A stretch of DNA of 64,000 nt. Source: Octopus vulgaris (taxonomy: Eukaryota). Shown here one piece after another: positions 9,899-21,439 of the stretch (positions are counted from its first letter, which is position 1; each line of letters starts with the position of its first letter). The DNA lies in NCBI GenBank assembly GCA_951406725.2, contig OX597837.1, positions 11,408,001 to 11,472,000 on the forward strand, given 5' to 3'. Under the pieces are notes generated by a model. That model ran no database searches. It was not told the DNA's origin and saw nothing but the letters and a program-made list of their open reading frames with translations. Position numbers and translations under genes: made by a program.

Positions 9899-12800
9899 AT
9901 GCCGGATCCTAGGTCCTACCTCCTCACCCTCAATCACCGTTTGAAGGATCATCTACGTTCGCTTCCTGTATATCGCCTTCAGCCGTCCGTTAATCTCTCT
10001 CTACTTCTTTTTAAAAAAACCCGCTTCTCTAGCCATGTCTCTTTCCTAAGCCGCTGCCTACATCACCGACTCATCCCTAAAGGTTTCCGCCTCCACTTCC
10101 ACCCTGCTCTCCACTCGGATTCTTCCATCTTACCCATACTCCGCACCACATCTTACCGCCTTATGCGGGCCACCATTCGCTCCAATCTCTCCAAACTACA
10201 AGCCATCAACCGCCTTCTTCCTCCTGCTTTCTCCACCTTCTTCTCCTCTCTGCCGCCTCTCTATGCTCCAAACACGCTACGCTTCATTATCCATTTGAAT
10301 CAACTCTTCCATCAATTTCTTTCTGATACCAAACTTCGTAAACTCCAATCACTCTTCCATTCCACCCTACCCGACGCCACTACCCCAACTCCTCCACCAC
10401 CCTTCTCCCCTCCCGATAGGCTCCATCCACCCACACCTAACACCACTGCCCCTCCCTACAACCCCTTCTCCCCTCCCGTTAGGCTCCATCCACCTACACC
10501 TAACCCTACTGCCCCGCCCAACCACCCCCCACACACCTCCCCAATCCCTCCCCCTCAGACCTCCACGAGACCTACCACCCCTCCTACTTCTATTCCACCC
10601 ACCCCTTCTCCACTTCCGTCTGTTGTTACCATTCCCCCCGATCTTCCCCTCTCTGCGGCTGAACGCTCCGTCCTTGGTAGGGGTCTGCGTTTCATCCCCC
10701 TCACTCCATCCTGTAAGGAATTCCAGACGCGAGTTGATGTCCACAGCTTTGTGCGCCGTGTCCGGTTGGGTGCGCATTACCATGACTCGCCACCCACACC
10801 CAACGAAGAGGACGACTGCTTCACTGGCCTGGGCCGCCGACCATCCCCGTGGACGCCTGCCCCTGGCCAGATCCTAGCAGTGGATCTTTTCGCGGGCGCT
10901 TGTCAGCGTGCATTGGAGCGGTTCAACTTCTCCAGGCGCCAACGCCGCCTCAACATCTCCCCGGCTGAGCTCTTGGCTCTTCGTTCCCTCCAACGGCGCG
11001 CTGACATTATCATCAAACCGGCTGACAAGGGTGGAGCTGTAGTGGTGTGGCGCACGGACCTCTATAGGGCTGAGGCTTTCCGCCAACTCAATGACACCTC
11101 CTTCTATTCCCCTCTGCCCTCTAACCCCACACGTAGCTACCAACAGACGGTATCCTCTACTGTCCAAGACCTCATCTCGTCCTCCCGTCTCCCCCGCACC
11201 GCATCCAACCTAATTGTGCGAACCCCACGTACCCCCACCATTTACTTCCTCCCCAAAATCCACAAACCCAACAACCCTGGCCGCCCCATCGTCTCCGCCT
11301 GTAACTGCCCCACGGAGCTCATCTCTAAATACCTCGACCGTGTCCTTGCCCCCCTAGTGGCATCTCTTCCCTCCCACATCCACGATACCAACCATGCTCT
11401 CCGGCTTTTCAACTCTTTCTCCTTTCCTCCCGGCTCCTCCAAAATCCTTTTTACTATGGACATCCAAAGCCTCTATACTGTTATCCCTCACCACGAAGGA
11501 CTGCAGGCCCTTCGACACTTTCTTGACCTCCGCTCTAACCCTGTACCTGACACCTCCACACTCATTCGTCTGGCCGAACTTGTCCTTACTCTGAACTGCT
11601 TCTCGTTCGCGGGCGAGTTCTACCATCAGGTCTCGGGAGTGGCCATGGGAACGCGAATGGGCCCCAACTATGCGAACCTGTTCGTTGGCTATGTTGAGGC
11701 CCAAATATTCTCTACTTTCACTGGTCCCACTCCTGAACTATATGGTCGTTATATTGACGACATTATCGGTGCCACCTCACTCTCCCGCGAACATCTAGAT
11801 TCCTTCCTCTCTTTCGTCCAATCTTTCCATCCAGCCCTCCACTTCACTTCCACTATCTCCAACACCTCTGTCTCCTTCCTCGACATTTCGGTTAGCATTT
11901 TTGACTCCACTCTTACCACCTCCATTCACTACAAACACACAGACTCACACTCATACCTCAACTTCTCTTCCTCCCACCCAGAACACACCAAGCTTTCCAT
12001 CCCCTATTCCCAATTCCTCCGTCTACGTAGGCTCTGTAGTGACGACCATGACTTTGAGACTCAGTCTCAACGTATGGCTCACCACTTCACCCTACGTGGA
12101 TACCCCCTCACCACTATCCACACCGCCCTTGCCAGAGCACGGTCCGTGGACCGTGTATCTGCTCTCTCTCCCCGAACCCGCCCTGTAGTCTCCCGCCTCC
12201 CTTTTCCCCTCACTTACCACCCCACGACCCTACGTCTCCAACGCACCATTCTTCGAGCTTTCCGTCGTCTCCAGTCCGACCCGTCCACTTCACACCTCTT
12301 CCCTAACCGACCCCTCCCCTCTTTCAAACGAGCCCACAACCTTCGAGACCTTTTGGTCCATAGCTCCTTCCCTGACCCTACCTCCCAACCCGGCTCGTTC
12401 CCCTGCTCCCGCCCACGTTGCCGCACTTGCCCTTACCTCTCCAACACCACCCGCCTCACTAGCACCCACCATCGACCCTATCCCATCATCCACTCCTTCA
12501 CCTGCACCTCCAGCAATATTATCTATTGCATCTCTTGCTCTCTCTGCAATTCCTTGTACATCGGACAAACGGGACGCCGCTTGGCTGACCGGTTCGCGGA
12601 ACACCTTCGTGACATCCACCTTGCGAACGACACACCGGTCTCACGCCATTTCCGCTCCACCGGTCACTCCTTGCAACACCTATCTGTGTTCGGTTTGTCC
12701 TTACACAGAGGCCATCCGGATTCCCGTTTGCGCCGTGAACAGGAATTAATCTTCTCTCTTCGCTCTTATACGCCATTTGGTCTCAACTCTCCCCCCTCCT

Positions 12801-13159
12801 CATCTAACCCCCTCTCCCCCTCCTCACCTATCCTTTCTCCCCCGACCCCCACTTCTTCAGTCCTTCATCCTTTCACCCCTACTCCCCTTCCCTTCTTCCC
12901 TCTTTCTCCCTCCCTCTTCCTCTTCCCTCTGCTCCCTCACTCCCTCTCTCCCCTTCTCTCTCCCCCTCTCCCTCTTTCCTCCTTCATCCCTCTCCTCCCC
13001 TTCCTTCTCCCCATCCTCTCCTCTTCACCCTCCCCTCCCCCTCTTCTTCCCCTCCCCTTCTCCCCCTCTTCTCCCCTCCCCCTCTTCTCCTCACTACACC
13101 ACATGACTTCACACATCACATCACATATGATGTGCCATACTAATACACACACCAACTAA
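9899..13159 (+). CDS. PLE polyprotein: reverse transcriptase + GIY-YIG endonuclease
   Basis: Motifs KPADKGGAVVVW, YFLPKIHK..PGRPIVS, LFTMDIQSLYT, QVSGVAMGTRMGPNYANLF, YGRYIDDI, FLDI, linker CSRPRCRTC, endonuclease NIIYCISCSLCNSLYIGQTGRRLADRFAEH..HF..RRE..I..P.GLN; first ATG at 9899 (the track start 9854 is TTG). Confidence 0.93.
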   Translation: MPDPRSYLLTLNHRLKDHLRSLPVYRLQPSVNLSLLLFKKTRFSSHVSFLSRCLHHRLIPKGFRLHFHPALHSDSSILPILRTTSYRLMRATIRSNLSKLQAINRLLPPAFSTFFSSLPPLYAPNTLRFIIHLNQLFHQFLSDTKLRKLQSLFHSTLPDATTPTPPPPFSPPDRLHPPTPNTTAPPYNPFSPPVRLHPPTPNPTAPPNHPPHTSPIPPPQTSTRPTTPPTSIPPTPSPLPSVVTIPPDLPLSAAERSVLGRGLRFIPLTPSCKEFQTRVDVHSFVRRVRLGAHYHDSPPTPNEEDDCFTGLGRRPSPWTPAPGQILAVDLFAGACQRALERFNFSRRQRRLNISPAELLALRSLQRRADIIIKPADKGGAVVVWRTDLYRAEAFRQLNDTSFYSPLPSNPTRSYQQTVSSTVQDLISSSRLPRTASNLIVRTPRTPTIYFLPKIHKPNNPGRPIVSACNCPTELISKYLDRVLAPLVASLPSHIHDTNHALRLFNSFSFPPGSSKILFTMDIQSLYTVIPHHEGLQALRHFLDLRSNPVPDTSTLIRLAELVLTLNCFSFAGEFYHQVSGVAMGTRMGPNYANLFVGYVEAQIFSTFTGPTPELYGRYIDDIIGATSLSREHLDSFLSFVQSFHPALHFTSTISNTSVSFLDISVSIFDSTLTTSIHYKHTDSHSYLNFSSSHPEHTKLSIPYSQFLRLRRLCSDDHDFETQSQRMAHHFTLRGYPLTTIHTALARARSVDRVSALSPRTRPVVSRLPFPLTYHPTTLRLQRTILRAFRRLQSDPSTSHLFPNRPLPSFKRAHNLRDLLVHSSFPDPTSQPGSFPCSRPRCRTCPYLSNTTRLTSTHHRPYPIIHSFTCTSSNIIYCISCSLCNSLYIGQTGRRLADRFAEHLRDIHLANDTPVSRHFRSTGHSLQHLSVFGLSLHRGHPDSRLRREQELIFSLRSYTPFGLNSPPSSSNPLSPSSPILSPPTPTSSVLHPFTPTPLPFFPLSPSLFLFPLLPHSLSPLLSPPLPLSSFIPLLPFLLPILSSSPSPPPLLPLPFSPSSPLPLFSSLHHMTSHITSHMMCHTNTHTN
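10400..10525 (+). repeat. In-frame 63-bp tandem duplication in the Pro-rich N-terminal linker of the PLE ORF
   Basis: PFSPPDRLHPPTPNTTAPPYN / PFSPPVRLHPPTPNPTAPPNH. Confidence 0.85.
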
Positions 13160-13765
13160 TACATACTAATACGTACTAATACATACTAGTACATACTAAT
13201 ACTTACACCAACCCTATACATACACACGTCCAGACCCCGCATACGCACTTATACTCTCTCACACACACACACACACACCTATACATACCAATACGTACTA
13301 ATACATACTAATACATACTAATACATACACCAACCCCATACATACGCACGTCCAGACCAATCCCACGCACTGATACTCTCTCATACACACACACACACAC
13401 ACACACCCTTATACATACTAATACATACACCAACCCTATACATACACATCCAGACCCCTCCCACGCACTTTTAGCTGGTCCCTCAACCCTATTATCTCCC
13501 CTTATTTCGCTCTCGCGTCTCATGTTTGATCTTTGACCTCTGGCCGAAATCAGATCGCCATGTTGATTCGTTAGCTACTGCACGCATTTTTTTCTCTCCT
13601 TCTTTCTGTGTTTTTCTCTCTCTGTGTATCTTTCTGTTGAAGAGCGTAGGCTCGAAACGTTAAAGACTTGTTTTATTTATATTTCCTGAGCGCCATACTA
13701 ATACAATTGTTCGTTTGTTTTCCACCTGCCTTCGTCTTTTGTTTATTTTCATAAAGCTTCCCGTT
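13110..13765 (+). repeat. 3' pseudo-LTR of the PLE
   Basis: Direct repeat of 8613-9268. Confidence 0.92.
13629..13666 (+). ncRNA. Minimal hammerhead ribozyme fold with variant core CUGUUGA (second pLTR copy)
   Basis: Identical to 9132-9169. Confidence 0.6.
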
Positions 13766-14356
13766 GCATATTGATATATGTATGTGTATGTTTGTCTCAA
13801 TCTCTCTCACAGAAAAAAGCACACGAAAGCGAGAGGAAAATATGTAAATGCATAGGATTTTACATTGATATACTGCAAAATGAATAAATAAATAGATAAA
13901 CAATATTCGTTAAATATCAAATGTAAGAAATCGATGAGGATAATGAAAAATGACCGGAAAATATTGTAATTAATCGATGGACGTTTGAAATATATTTGTT
14001 ATAGAAATAAATAAAAAATGGAAGACGAATGTAAACATATTGATCGGTAAACAGAACATACTTTGCTTACACTGTCACACACAACGACATTTGGAAGAAA
14101 CACAAATAGACACACACACAAACAAACAGACACACACAGACACACACACAAACAAACACACACACAAACACACACACATATACACACACATATTCATATT
14201 TATATATCTGGTCATCCAATAATTTCTGCTGTCCGATTTTATGTGTTTATGTGGGTATAAATGTATATGTGTGTATGGATGTGTATGTGGATATATACAT
14301 GTATATGTTTATGTATGTATGTATGTATGTATGTATGTATGTATGTATATATATGT

Positions 14357-14880
14357 ATCAGGTCATCCGATAAGTCCTGTCCGATTTTACCTTTTTTAAA
14401 ATTGAATGAAATTTAATAGTGTTTTAGAACGTCTAAAGAAATTTTAAATTATTTTTATGCCTTTGTGTACATTTAAACTAATTAAATATTATTTTACAGA
14501 ATAATAAAATTAAAATTTCTTTGATTAAACCCTTTCTGACATGGAAGTATCCAAAGAGCATTTGAGACACATACAAACACACACTTCAACATACACACAC
14601 ACACATACACACACATATTCATATTTATATATCAGGTCATCCAATAAGTTCTGTCGGATTTTACCTTTTTTAAAATTGAATGAAATTTAATAGTATTTTA
14701 GAATGTTTAATGGAATTAATGGAATTTAAAATTATTTTTATGCCTTTGTGTACATTTAAACTAATTAAATATTATTTTACAGAATAATAAAATTAAATTT
14801 TCTCTGATTAAAACCCTTTCTAACTTGGAAGAATCCAAAGAGCATTTGAGACACATAATGCTTTATGAGTACAAAAAAGC
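14357..14880 (+). mobile_element. Tandemly duplicated 5' ends of a mariner element
   Basis: Two copies (about 14357-14571 and 14631-14880) starting atcaggtcatcc.ataag and running into MEVSKEHLRH / EHLRHIMLYEYKK, homologous to the start of the 4408-5052 transposase. Confidence 0.7.
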
Positions 14881-15225
14881 TATGCATGGCAACTTTTTTT
14901 TATTTTCTCCGGACGTATGGAATTCCACACTTCATAGTGTGCCGCTATCTTAGCTGGCTCCTGAACAGTCAAGCAACCGGCTATCTGGAAAATAAGACAT
15001 AAAAAAAAGACAATAATTAATTAAGAAAACCCCATTAGTGTTATCAGTTTTGAAAATGTTTTCGTCATGACCTCAGTTGATTCTTAAACTTCTATAAATA
15101 ATTTCTAATGCCTTAGTTACATACCACCCACCCTTTATGTGTATACATATATGCATTAATCTGTACAGCTAATTAATTGTGTGTGTATACGTGTGTGTGT
15201 TAATGTATGTATACATGTATGTGTG

Positions 15226-15510
15226 AAGGCACATGGCCTAGTGGTTAGAGCAGCGGACTCGCGGTTGAGGGATCGCGGGATCGAATCTCAGATCGGGCGA
15301 TGTGTGTGTTAATGAGCGAAACACCTAAGCTCCCCGCGGCTACGGCAGAAGGTAACGGCGAAACTTCTGCTAACTCTTTCGCCACAACTTTCTCTCACTC
15401 TTGCAGCTCACCTGCGATGGACCGGCGTGCCGTCCAGGTGGGGAACCTATACGCCAAGAAACCGGGAAACCGGCCCTTATGAACCAGGGATGGCTCGAGA
15501 AGGAACGAAC
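15226..15510 (+). mobile_element. tRNA-derived SINE, family C
   Basis: A-box tggcctagtgg and B-box-like gatcgaatc head; related to 26604 and 38327; ends in (ACA)n. Confidence 0.7.
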
Positions 15511-15671
15511 AACAACAACAACATACATGTATGTCTATGCAAAGTTTATACAAATACAATACCTTGTGTTATGCAGAAATAACAAGTGTATATTGTAGTG
15601 TGTGTCTCTGCAGTGAAGGAAAAATATGCCAGAGTATACGCGTGTGTATTTATGAATGTAGTTACCATATA

Positions 15672-16089
15672 TATTTCTTTACTACGCACAAGGGGCTAAA
15701 CATAGAGGGGACAAACAAGGACAGACAAAGGGATTAAGTCGATTACATTGACCCAGTGCGAAACTGGTACTTTATTTATCGACCCCGAAAGGATGAAAGG
15801 CAAAGTTGACCTCGGCGGAATTTGAACTCAGAATGTAACGACAGACGAAATACCTATTTCTTTATTACCCACAAGGGGCCAAACACAGAGGGGACAAACA
15901 AGGACAGACATAGGTATTAAGTCGATTACATCGACCCCAGTGCGTATCTGGTACTTAATTTATCGACCCCGAAAGGATGAGAGGCAAAGTCGACCTCGGC
16001 GGAATTTGAACTCACAACGTAACGCAGACGAAATACCGCTACGCATTTCGCCCGGTGCGCTAACGTTTCTGCCAGCTCGCCGCCTTTTA
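15672..16089 (-). mobile_element. tRNA-derived SINE, family A, with duplicated 3' unit
   Basis: Head ggcggcgagctggcagaaacgttagc, B box gagttcaaattcc; 17-bp TSD aatgtagttaccatata at 15655 and 16090. Confidence 0.85.
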
Positions 16090-16461
16090 AATGTAGTTAC
16101 CATATAGTCGACATTACGATTTTGTGCGTAGGCACGAGGAACAAACACAACTTCAAGTGCACAAGATGTAGCATAAAGTTAAACTCTGAGATTTCACAGC
16201 TTTGATGCAATAAAACAAAGAAGAAAGATGCACAAAGTGTGTAATCGGCTATAACGAACGTTGAGAACAAAATACATTTGAAGAAAAAGGAAAATAGAAA
16301 ATATATATTTGATATTCCAAATAATTCGTATCGTAATATTGTTCCGATTATTCTCTCTAATCTTAACAATTGTATACATGCTGGGAAAAAAATATATCTC
16401 CTCGAGGTTATTTTCAGAATATCAAAATCGAATCAAAATAGCCCACAACATAAATATATAC

Positions 16462-16581
<120 letters not shown>

Positions 16582-17106
16582 GTATGTATGTATGCATAAA
16601 GAAGAGGCTAAATTGGAAAGACAAAGAGAAAAGCGTTGGTGAATAATGGAACTTAAACAAGGATGTAGAGATATAATAGATATATATATAATTAGATATA
16701 AGAGAAGGACAATCGAAAACAGAAAACAAAATAGGAAAATTACAATAGAAACACAGTTAAACGAGGCATAAACAGAGCTAAGTAGTCATATGCCACATTT
16801 ACGTACACACACAGACACACATGTATATTGATGTAAATATATGTGTATATATATATGTATATATATATATATATATACATGTGTAAGTGCATATAGACAT
16901 ATGAATAGGTATAGATGGAGATACAGTTGTGCGAATATATATGCATCGATACAAAATATGCACTCACAGCTTTGCATACTCATACGCATATGCATATGCA
17001 TACACACATGTGTACATATTCGCAGCATTTAAAATCACAGCTTCAGATATATATGAACACACAAATACGCACGCACGGGCACACACACAGACATAGAAAG
17101 AAAGAC

Positions 17107-17196
<90 letters not shown>

Positions 17197-17207
17197 CTAG
17201 GTAGATA

Positions 17208-17365
17208 AGTTTCTTTATTGGCCACACAGGGCTGCACACAGATGGGACAAGTTACAAGGTAGAGCTTTTCTTTTGGGGGATGAAAAAAAGGGGGTGGCGT
17301 AGGTTTTCGATCAAGAGGGATCGTAAAACGGAAGAAAAGAACAAAAAAAAATAAATGAAAAAAAA
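17208..17365 (-). mobile_element. 5'-truncated Tx1-like LINE 3' end with 15-bp TSD
   Basis: Homologous to 17674-17830; TSD acagctaggtagata at 17193 and 17366; AATAAA near the end. Confidence 0.8.
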
Positions 17366-17374
17366 ACAGCTAGG

Positions 17375-17553
<179 letters not shown>

Positions 17554-17554
17554 T

Positions 17555-17660
<106 letters not shown>

Positions 17661-17673
17661 GATAGATAGATAT

Positions 17674-18806
17674 GTTTCTTTATTAGCCACACAGGGCTGC
17701 ACACAGATAGAACAAATTACAAGGTAGAGCTTTTCTTTTGAAGGTTTAAAAAAAAAAAAAAAAAGGGAAGGGGGAGTTTCGATCAAAAGGGATCGTAAAA
17801 GGAGAGAAAGAGGACAAAAAAAGGGGGGTTAAAAAAAAAAGGGGAGAGAAAAAAAAAAAAAAAAAAAAAATTGATCAATAGGGATCGTTATCACAGAAAT
17901 GTCAATATGAAGTGTAAAGGGGAGGACAGGTGAGGTTTACCCGTGGAAAGAAAAGCCTACGGAAAAGACCACGGTAACCTCGGTCAATGAAGTCACATTT
18001 TATATTTCTTTTTTTTTTTTTTTTTTTTGCAAATAAGCAACTCTCTGTTTTCGATTTCTGGGTTCATAGGACTATGCTCAAGGTGGCTTCGTCATTCATA
18101 CGTGCCATTCTTGCTACATTCACCCATCTTTTTTTAAAACATTCGCTAGACAAAACTTGCCTCTCTACTCTCACTTTCCTTTTCAAGTGGTACTTGAAGA
18201 AGTTGATGAGAGATTGACCAGAGAGGAAAGTGTTTGTCTCCAATCCTTTCAGACGCGTCCACCAGATACATTCTTTCGCCATAGCCACAAGGATGATGAA
18301 AATAGCTCTTCCTTCCCGTTTGAAGGAAGGAGGCGTGACAATATTGACGATAGACTCAGCTGATAAACCGACTCGTCCCACACGTGACAGCAGTTGTTCG
18401 ACATAAGCCCACAGGTCGGAAATTGTTGGACACTGAACGAGTGCGTGCAGAACGGTTTCGTCGCTCTGACCGCATCTCGGGCAGGTCGGCCCCGTATTTC
18501 TCGAGCCGTGTCTGTAGAGCTTATCCCGAACGGGTAGCGCTTCTCGGTAGCACTGCCAGGCCAGGGATCTCTGGAAGTTGTCCATGGGCCCTGGCCCGAA
18601 AGTCGTCCTGAACAGGCGGGTCAGGTACTCCTCGTCGACGTCCAGGTTCGCCCCGAGCTCGTCGTCGTACCTCCCCTCCACTAAACCCCTATAGAATGCT
18701 TTGGTTGTGTTGAAGTCACTTAAGGTCGACCCAGGACGGCAGAGTTGCTTGAGAGCAACGCGACACTCGCGGTGCCATTCGCCCTTCCTCGGCCTCTTTT
18801 TGATCC

Positions 18807-18807
<1 letters not shown>
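17674..18807 (-). mobile_element. 5'-truncated L1/Tx1-clade LINE (ORF2 C-terminus + 3' UTR)
   Basis: Open frame to stop at 18064 with zf-RVT-type motif AWQCYREALPVRDKL..TCPRCGQSDETVLHALVQCP..LW; T-rich 3' UTR, AATAAA, both junctions in (GATA)n. Confidence 0.85.
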
Positions 18808-18868
<61 letters not shown>

Positions 18869-18879
18869 CTAGGTAGATA

Positions 18880-19033
18880 AGTTTCTTTATTGGCCACACA
18901 GGGCTGCACACAGATGGGACAAGTTACAAGGTAGAGCTTTTCTTTTGGGGGATGAAAAAAAGGGGTGGCGTAGGTTTTCGATCAAGAGGGATCGTAAAAC
19001 GGAAGAAAAGAACAAAAAATAAATGAAAAAAAA
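18880..19033 (-). mobile_element. Second copy of the short Tx1-like 3' end, same TSD
   Basis: Near-identical to 17208-17365 including flanking acagctaggtagata at 18865 and 19034. Confidence 0.8.
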
Positions 19034-19042
19034 ACAGCTAGG

Positions 19043-19117
<75 letters not shown>

Positions 19118-19122
19118 GCAGG

Positions 19123-19214
<92 letters not shown>

Positions 19215-19218
19215 GAGC

Positions 19219-19280
<62 letters not shown>

Positions 19281-19281
19281 T

Positions 19282-19422
<141 letters not shown>

Positions 19423-19495
19423 CTCAGACTTACATCATGGGTAATTTTGAATAGAATCTGCTTCATTAAGATGAACTTTAAATTTTAGAAACATA

Positions 19496-19750
19496 TCAGG
19501 AGCAACAGGGTATGGCCCTGCAGCGGTGGTGGTTTTGCTTAGATGTGCATTTCTGTCTGTTTGGGTTACACCAGTAGCCAATACCTACTGGCAACTGTTT
19601 GCTAAGGCAAAATCCATCGTCACTAATACAGGAAAATTGTGATTTCAAAATCACTGATGTTGCAATTAGCTGGTGGATTGAATAAAAACTCATTATGTGC
19701 AACAGAAGCAGAATTAGTTTAAAGTAGCAATTTGTTTTTATATTATTCAT
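19496..19750 (-). CDS. Candidate small secreted cysteine-rich peptide (84 aa)
   Basis: True ATG, basic then hydrophobic N-terminus (KLILLLLHIMSF), C-x6-C-x12-C-x6-C-x8-C-x4-CC at the C-terminus, located in non-repetitive sequence, TATAAG ~60 bp upstream; no expression or homology evidence. Confidence 0.35.
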   Translation of the reverse strand: MNNIKTNCYFKLILLLLHIMSFYSIHQLIATSVILKSQFSCISDDGFCLSKQLPVGIGYWCNPNRQKCTSKQNHHRCRAIPCCS

Positions 19751-20494
19751 TATGCAAGTACATAAGCTAAATTAATAGTAGTATTAACTACGGTTCTTGC
19801 GTAGCCCCTTATATTTTTGAATAAGATTCATTTTATACTAGAAAGATTTCCAATTGGACATATAATGATTTAGATATAATCTTAGCAGGGAGAAATACAT
19901 TTATCCTCTTCCAAGTTGATTTATAATTACGAATCCTACTCTCAAAAATTTTGATGTGAATACAAATTCATCCGACACAGCTCACGTAACAGTTTTGGTA
20001 GACATGTTTGTTTTAGAAATAATAAATTTTACTGACGTAGGCGGGAGGATTATGTCGTGGTGATTCTCATTTCACATCTATTAATTCATTTTCCTCAAAT
20101 TTAGAACGATTTCAATTGTTTGAGAGAAATAGTCGTTAACTTCCTCGATATTAATTTTAATTTGAGTTATGGCTCATATCACACTGTTCGTAAACCAAAA
20201 TAGAGGTTTACAGCATGGTTAAAACGATATAACCAGCATCAGTCTGAAATAAATAATCTTGTTAAAAGTATCTTAATTAGAATGTCGAATAATTTTTCCT
20301 CAAATAAGATTTTTAATGATTAATGAATACCGTATCAATGATGCTTCATCGTCATGTGATTACGATGATATTTTCAAAGCTTCTATTAAGGGGTGGGGAA
20401 TATAGCGATAGCTACATTTATAAAAGGATATCAATACTTGATAGGAAATGCACGGGTCCAACATTTTAAGGTAGGGGGTTAGTCGATTATATTC

Positions 20495-20727
20495 AAGGCG
20501 GCGAGCTGGCAGAAACGTTAGCACGCCGGGCGAAATGCTTAGCGGTATTTCGTCTGCGTTACGTTGTGAGTTCAAATTCCGCCGAGGTCGACTTTGCCTT
20601 TCATCCTTTCGGGGTCGATAAATTAAGTACCAGTTACGCACTGGGGTCGATGTAATCGACTTAATACCTATGTCTGTCCTTGTTTGTCCGCTCTGTGTTT
20701 AGTCCCTTTTGGGTAATAAAGAAATAG
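20495..20727 (+). mobile_element. SINE family A, monomer
   Basis: Complete head to aataaagaaata tail; TSD ggttagtcgattatatt on both sides. Confidence 0.85.
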
Positions 20728-21231
20728 GTTAGTCGATTATATTGACCCATTGCTTGGAAAACACTTACTTTATCGACCTCGAAACGATCAAAGGATAGGC
20801 GGAATTTTAATTCAGAATTGTAAAGGGCCGGAAGAAATGTCGCTAAGCACTGTGTGCCAGGTGCTAATGATTCAGTCAGCCAACCTTCATAATACTGGCT
20901 TCAAATTCTGGCTCAAGACCAGCTATTTCGGGATTGGTGGTATGTCGACTGCATCTACCACGGTGCTCAACTGATACTTATTTTATCGACCACGAAAGGA
21001 TGAAAGACAAAGTCAGGGGGATCTGAACTCGGATCGTAAACGAAATACCACTGAGCATTCTGCCCAGTTTACTAACGATTCTGCCAGCTCACCGCTTTAT
21101 AGTACGCAAATATTCAATTGAAAAACCCTGTTTGGGGTGGGGAGAAAAGTCGAAGGCTGGTCTCGTAGAATATGAACCCATATTTCCTGAGATATGACAC
21201 GGGCATATGTATGTGTGCATATATATATATA

Positions 21232-21421
21232 AAGGGAAATTTTACGAAAATAAACAAAAGACGAAGGCAGGTGGAGTACAAACAAACAAATGTATTAGTA
21301 TAACGCTCAGGAATAGAAAAAGGCTTTTACGTTTCGAGCCTACGCTCTTCGACAGAAAGATACACAGAAAAAAACAAGGAGAGAAAAAAATGCGTGTAGG
21401 AGCTAACGATCTATCATGGCG
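21232..21421 (-). mobile_element. Solo terminal fragment of the Neptune-type PLE family with hammerhead fold (21324-21359)
   Basis: Reverse complement resembles pLTR 9059-9268; core reads CTGTCGA, GUA triplet; 3' end joins (TA)n. Confidence 0.8.
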
Positions 21422-21439
21422 TCCTGACTTCGGACATAC

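Larger units (their letters stand above)
8613..13765 (+). mobile_element. Full-length Penelope-like retroelement, Neptune-type, with direct pseudo-LTRs
   Basis: Single uninterrupted RT + GIY-YIG ORF between two 656-bp direct repeats at constant offset 4497; no gag, protease or integrase; no TSD seen. Confidence 0.93.

Noticed and set aside
10367-13155. Antisense and alternative-frame ORFs inside the PLE
   Set aside because: Explained by the strong C/T strand bias, which depletes stops; no motifs
9899-13159. Selenoprotein or domain-permuted (Naiad/Chlamys-type) PLE
   Set aside because: No in-frame TGA and the endonuclease is C-terminal
8613-13765. LTR retrotransposon interpretation of the 656-bp direct repeats
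   Set aside because: No TG..CA termini, primer-binding site, gag, protease, RNase H or integrase; RT + GIY-YIG and ORF overlap with the repeat indicate a PLE
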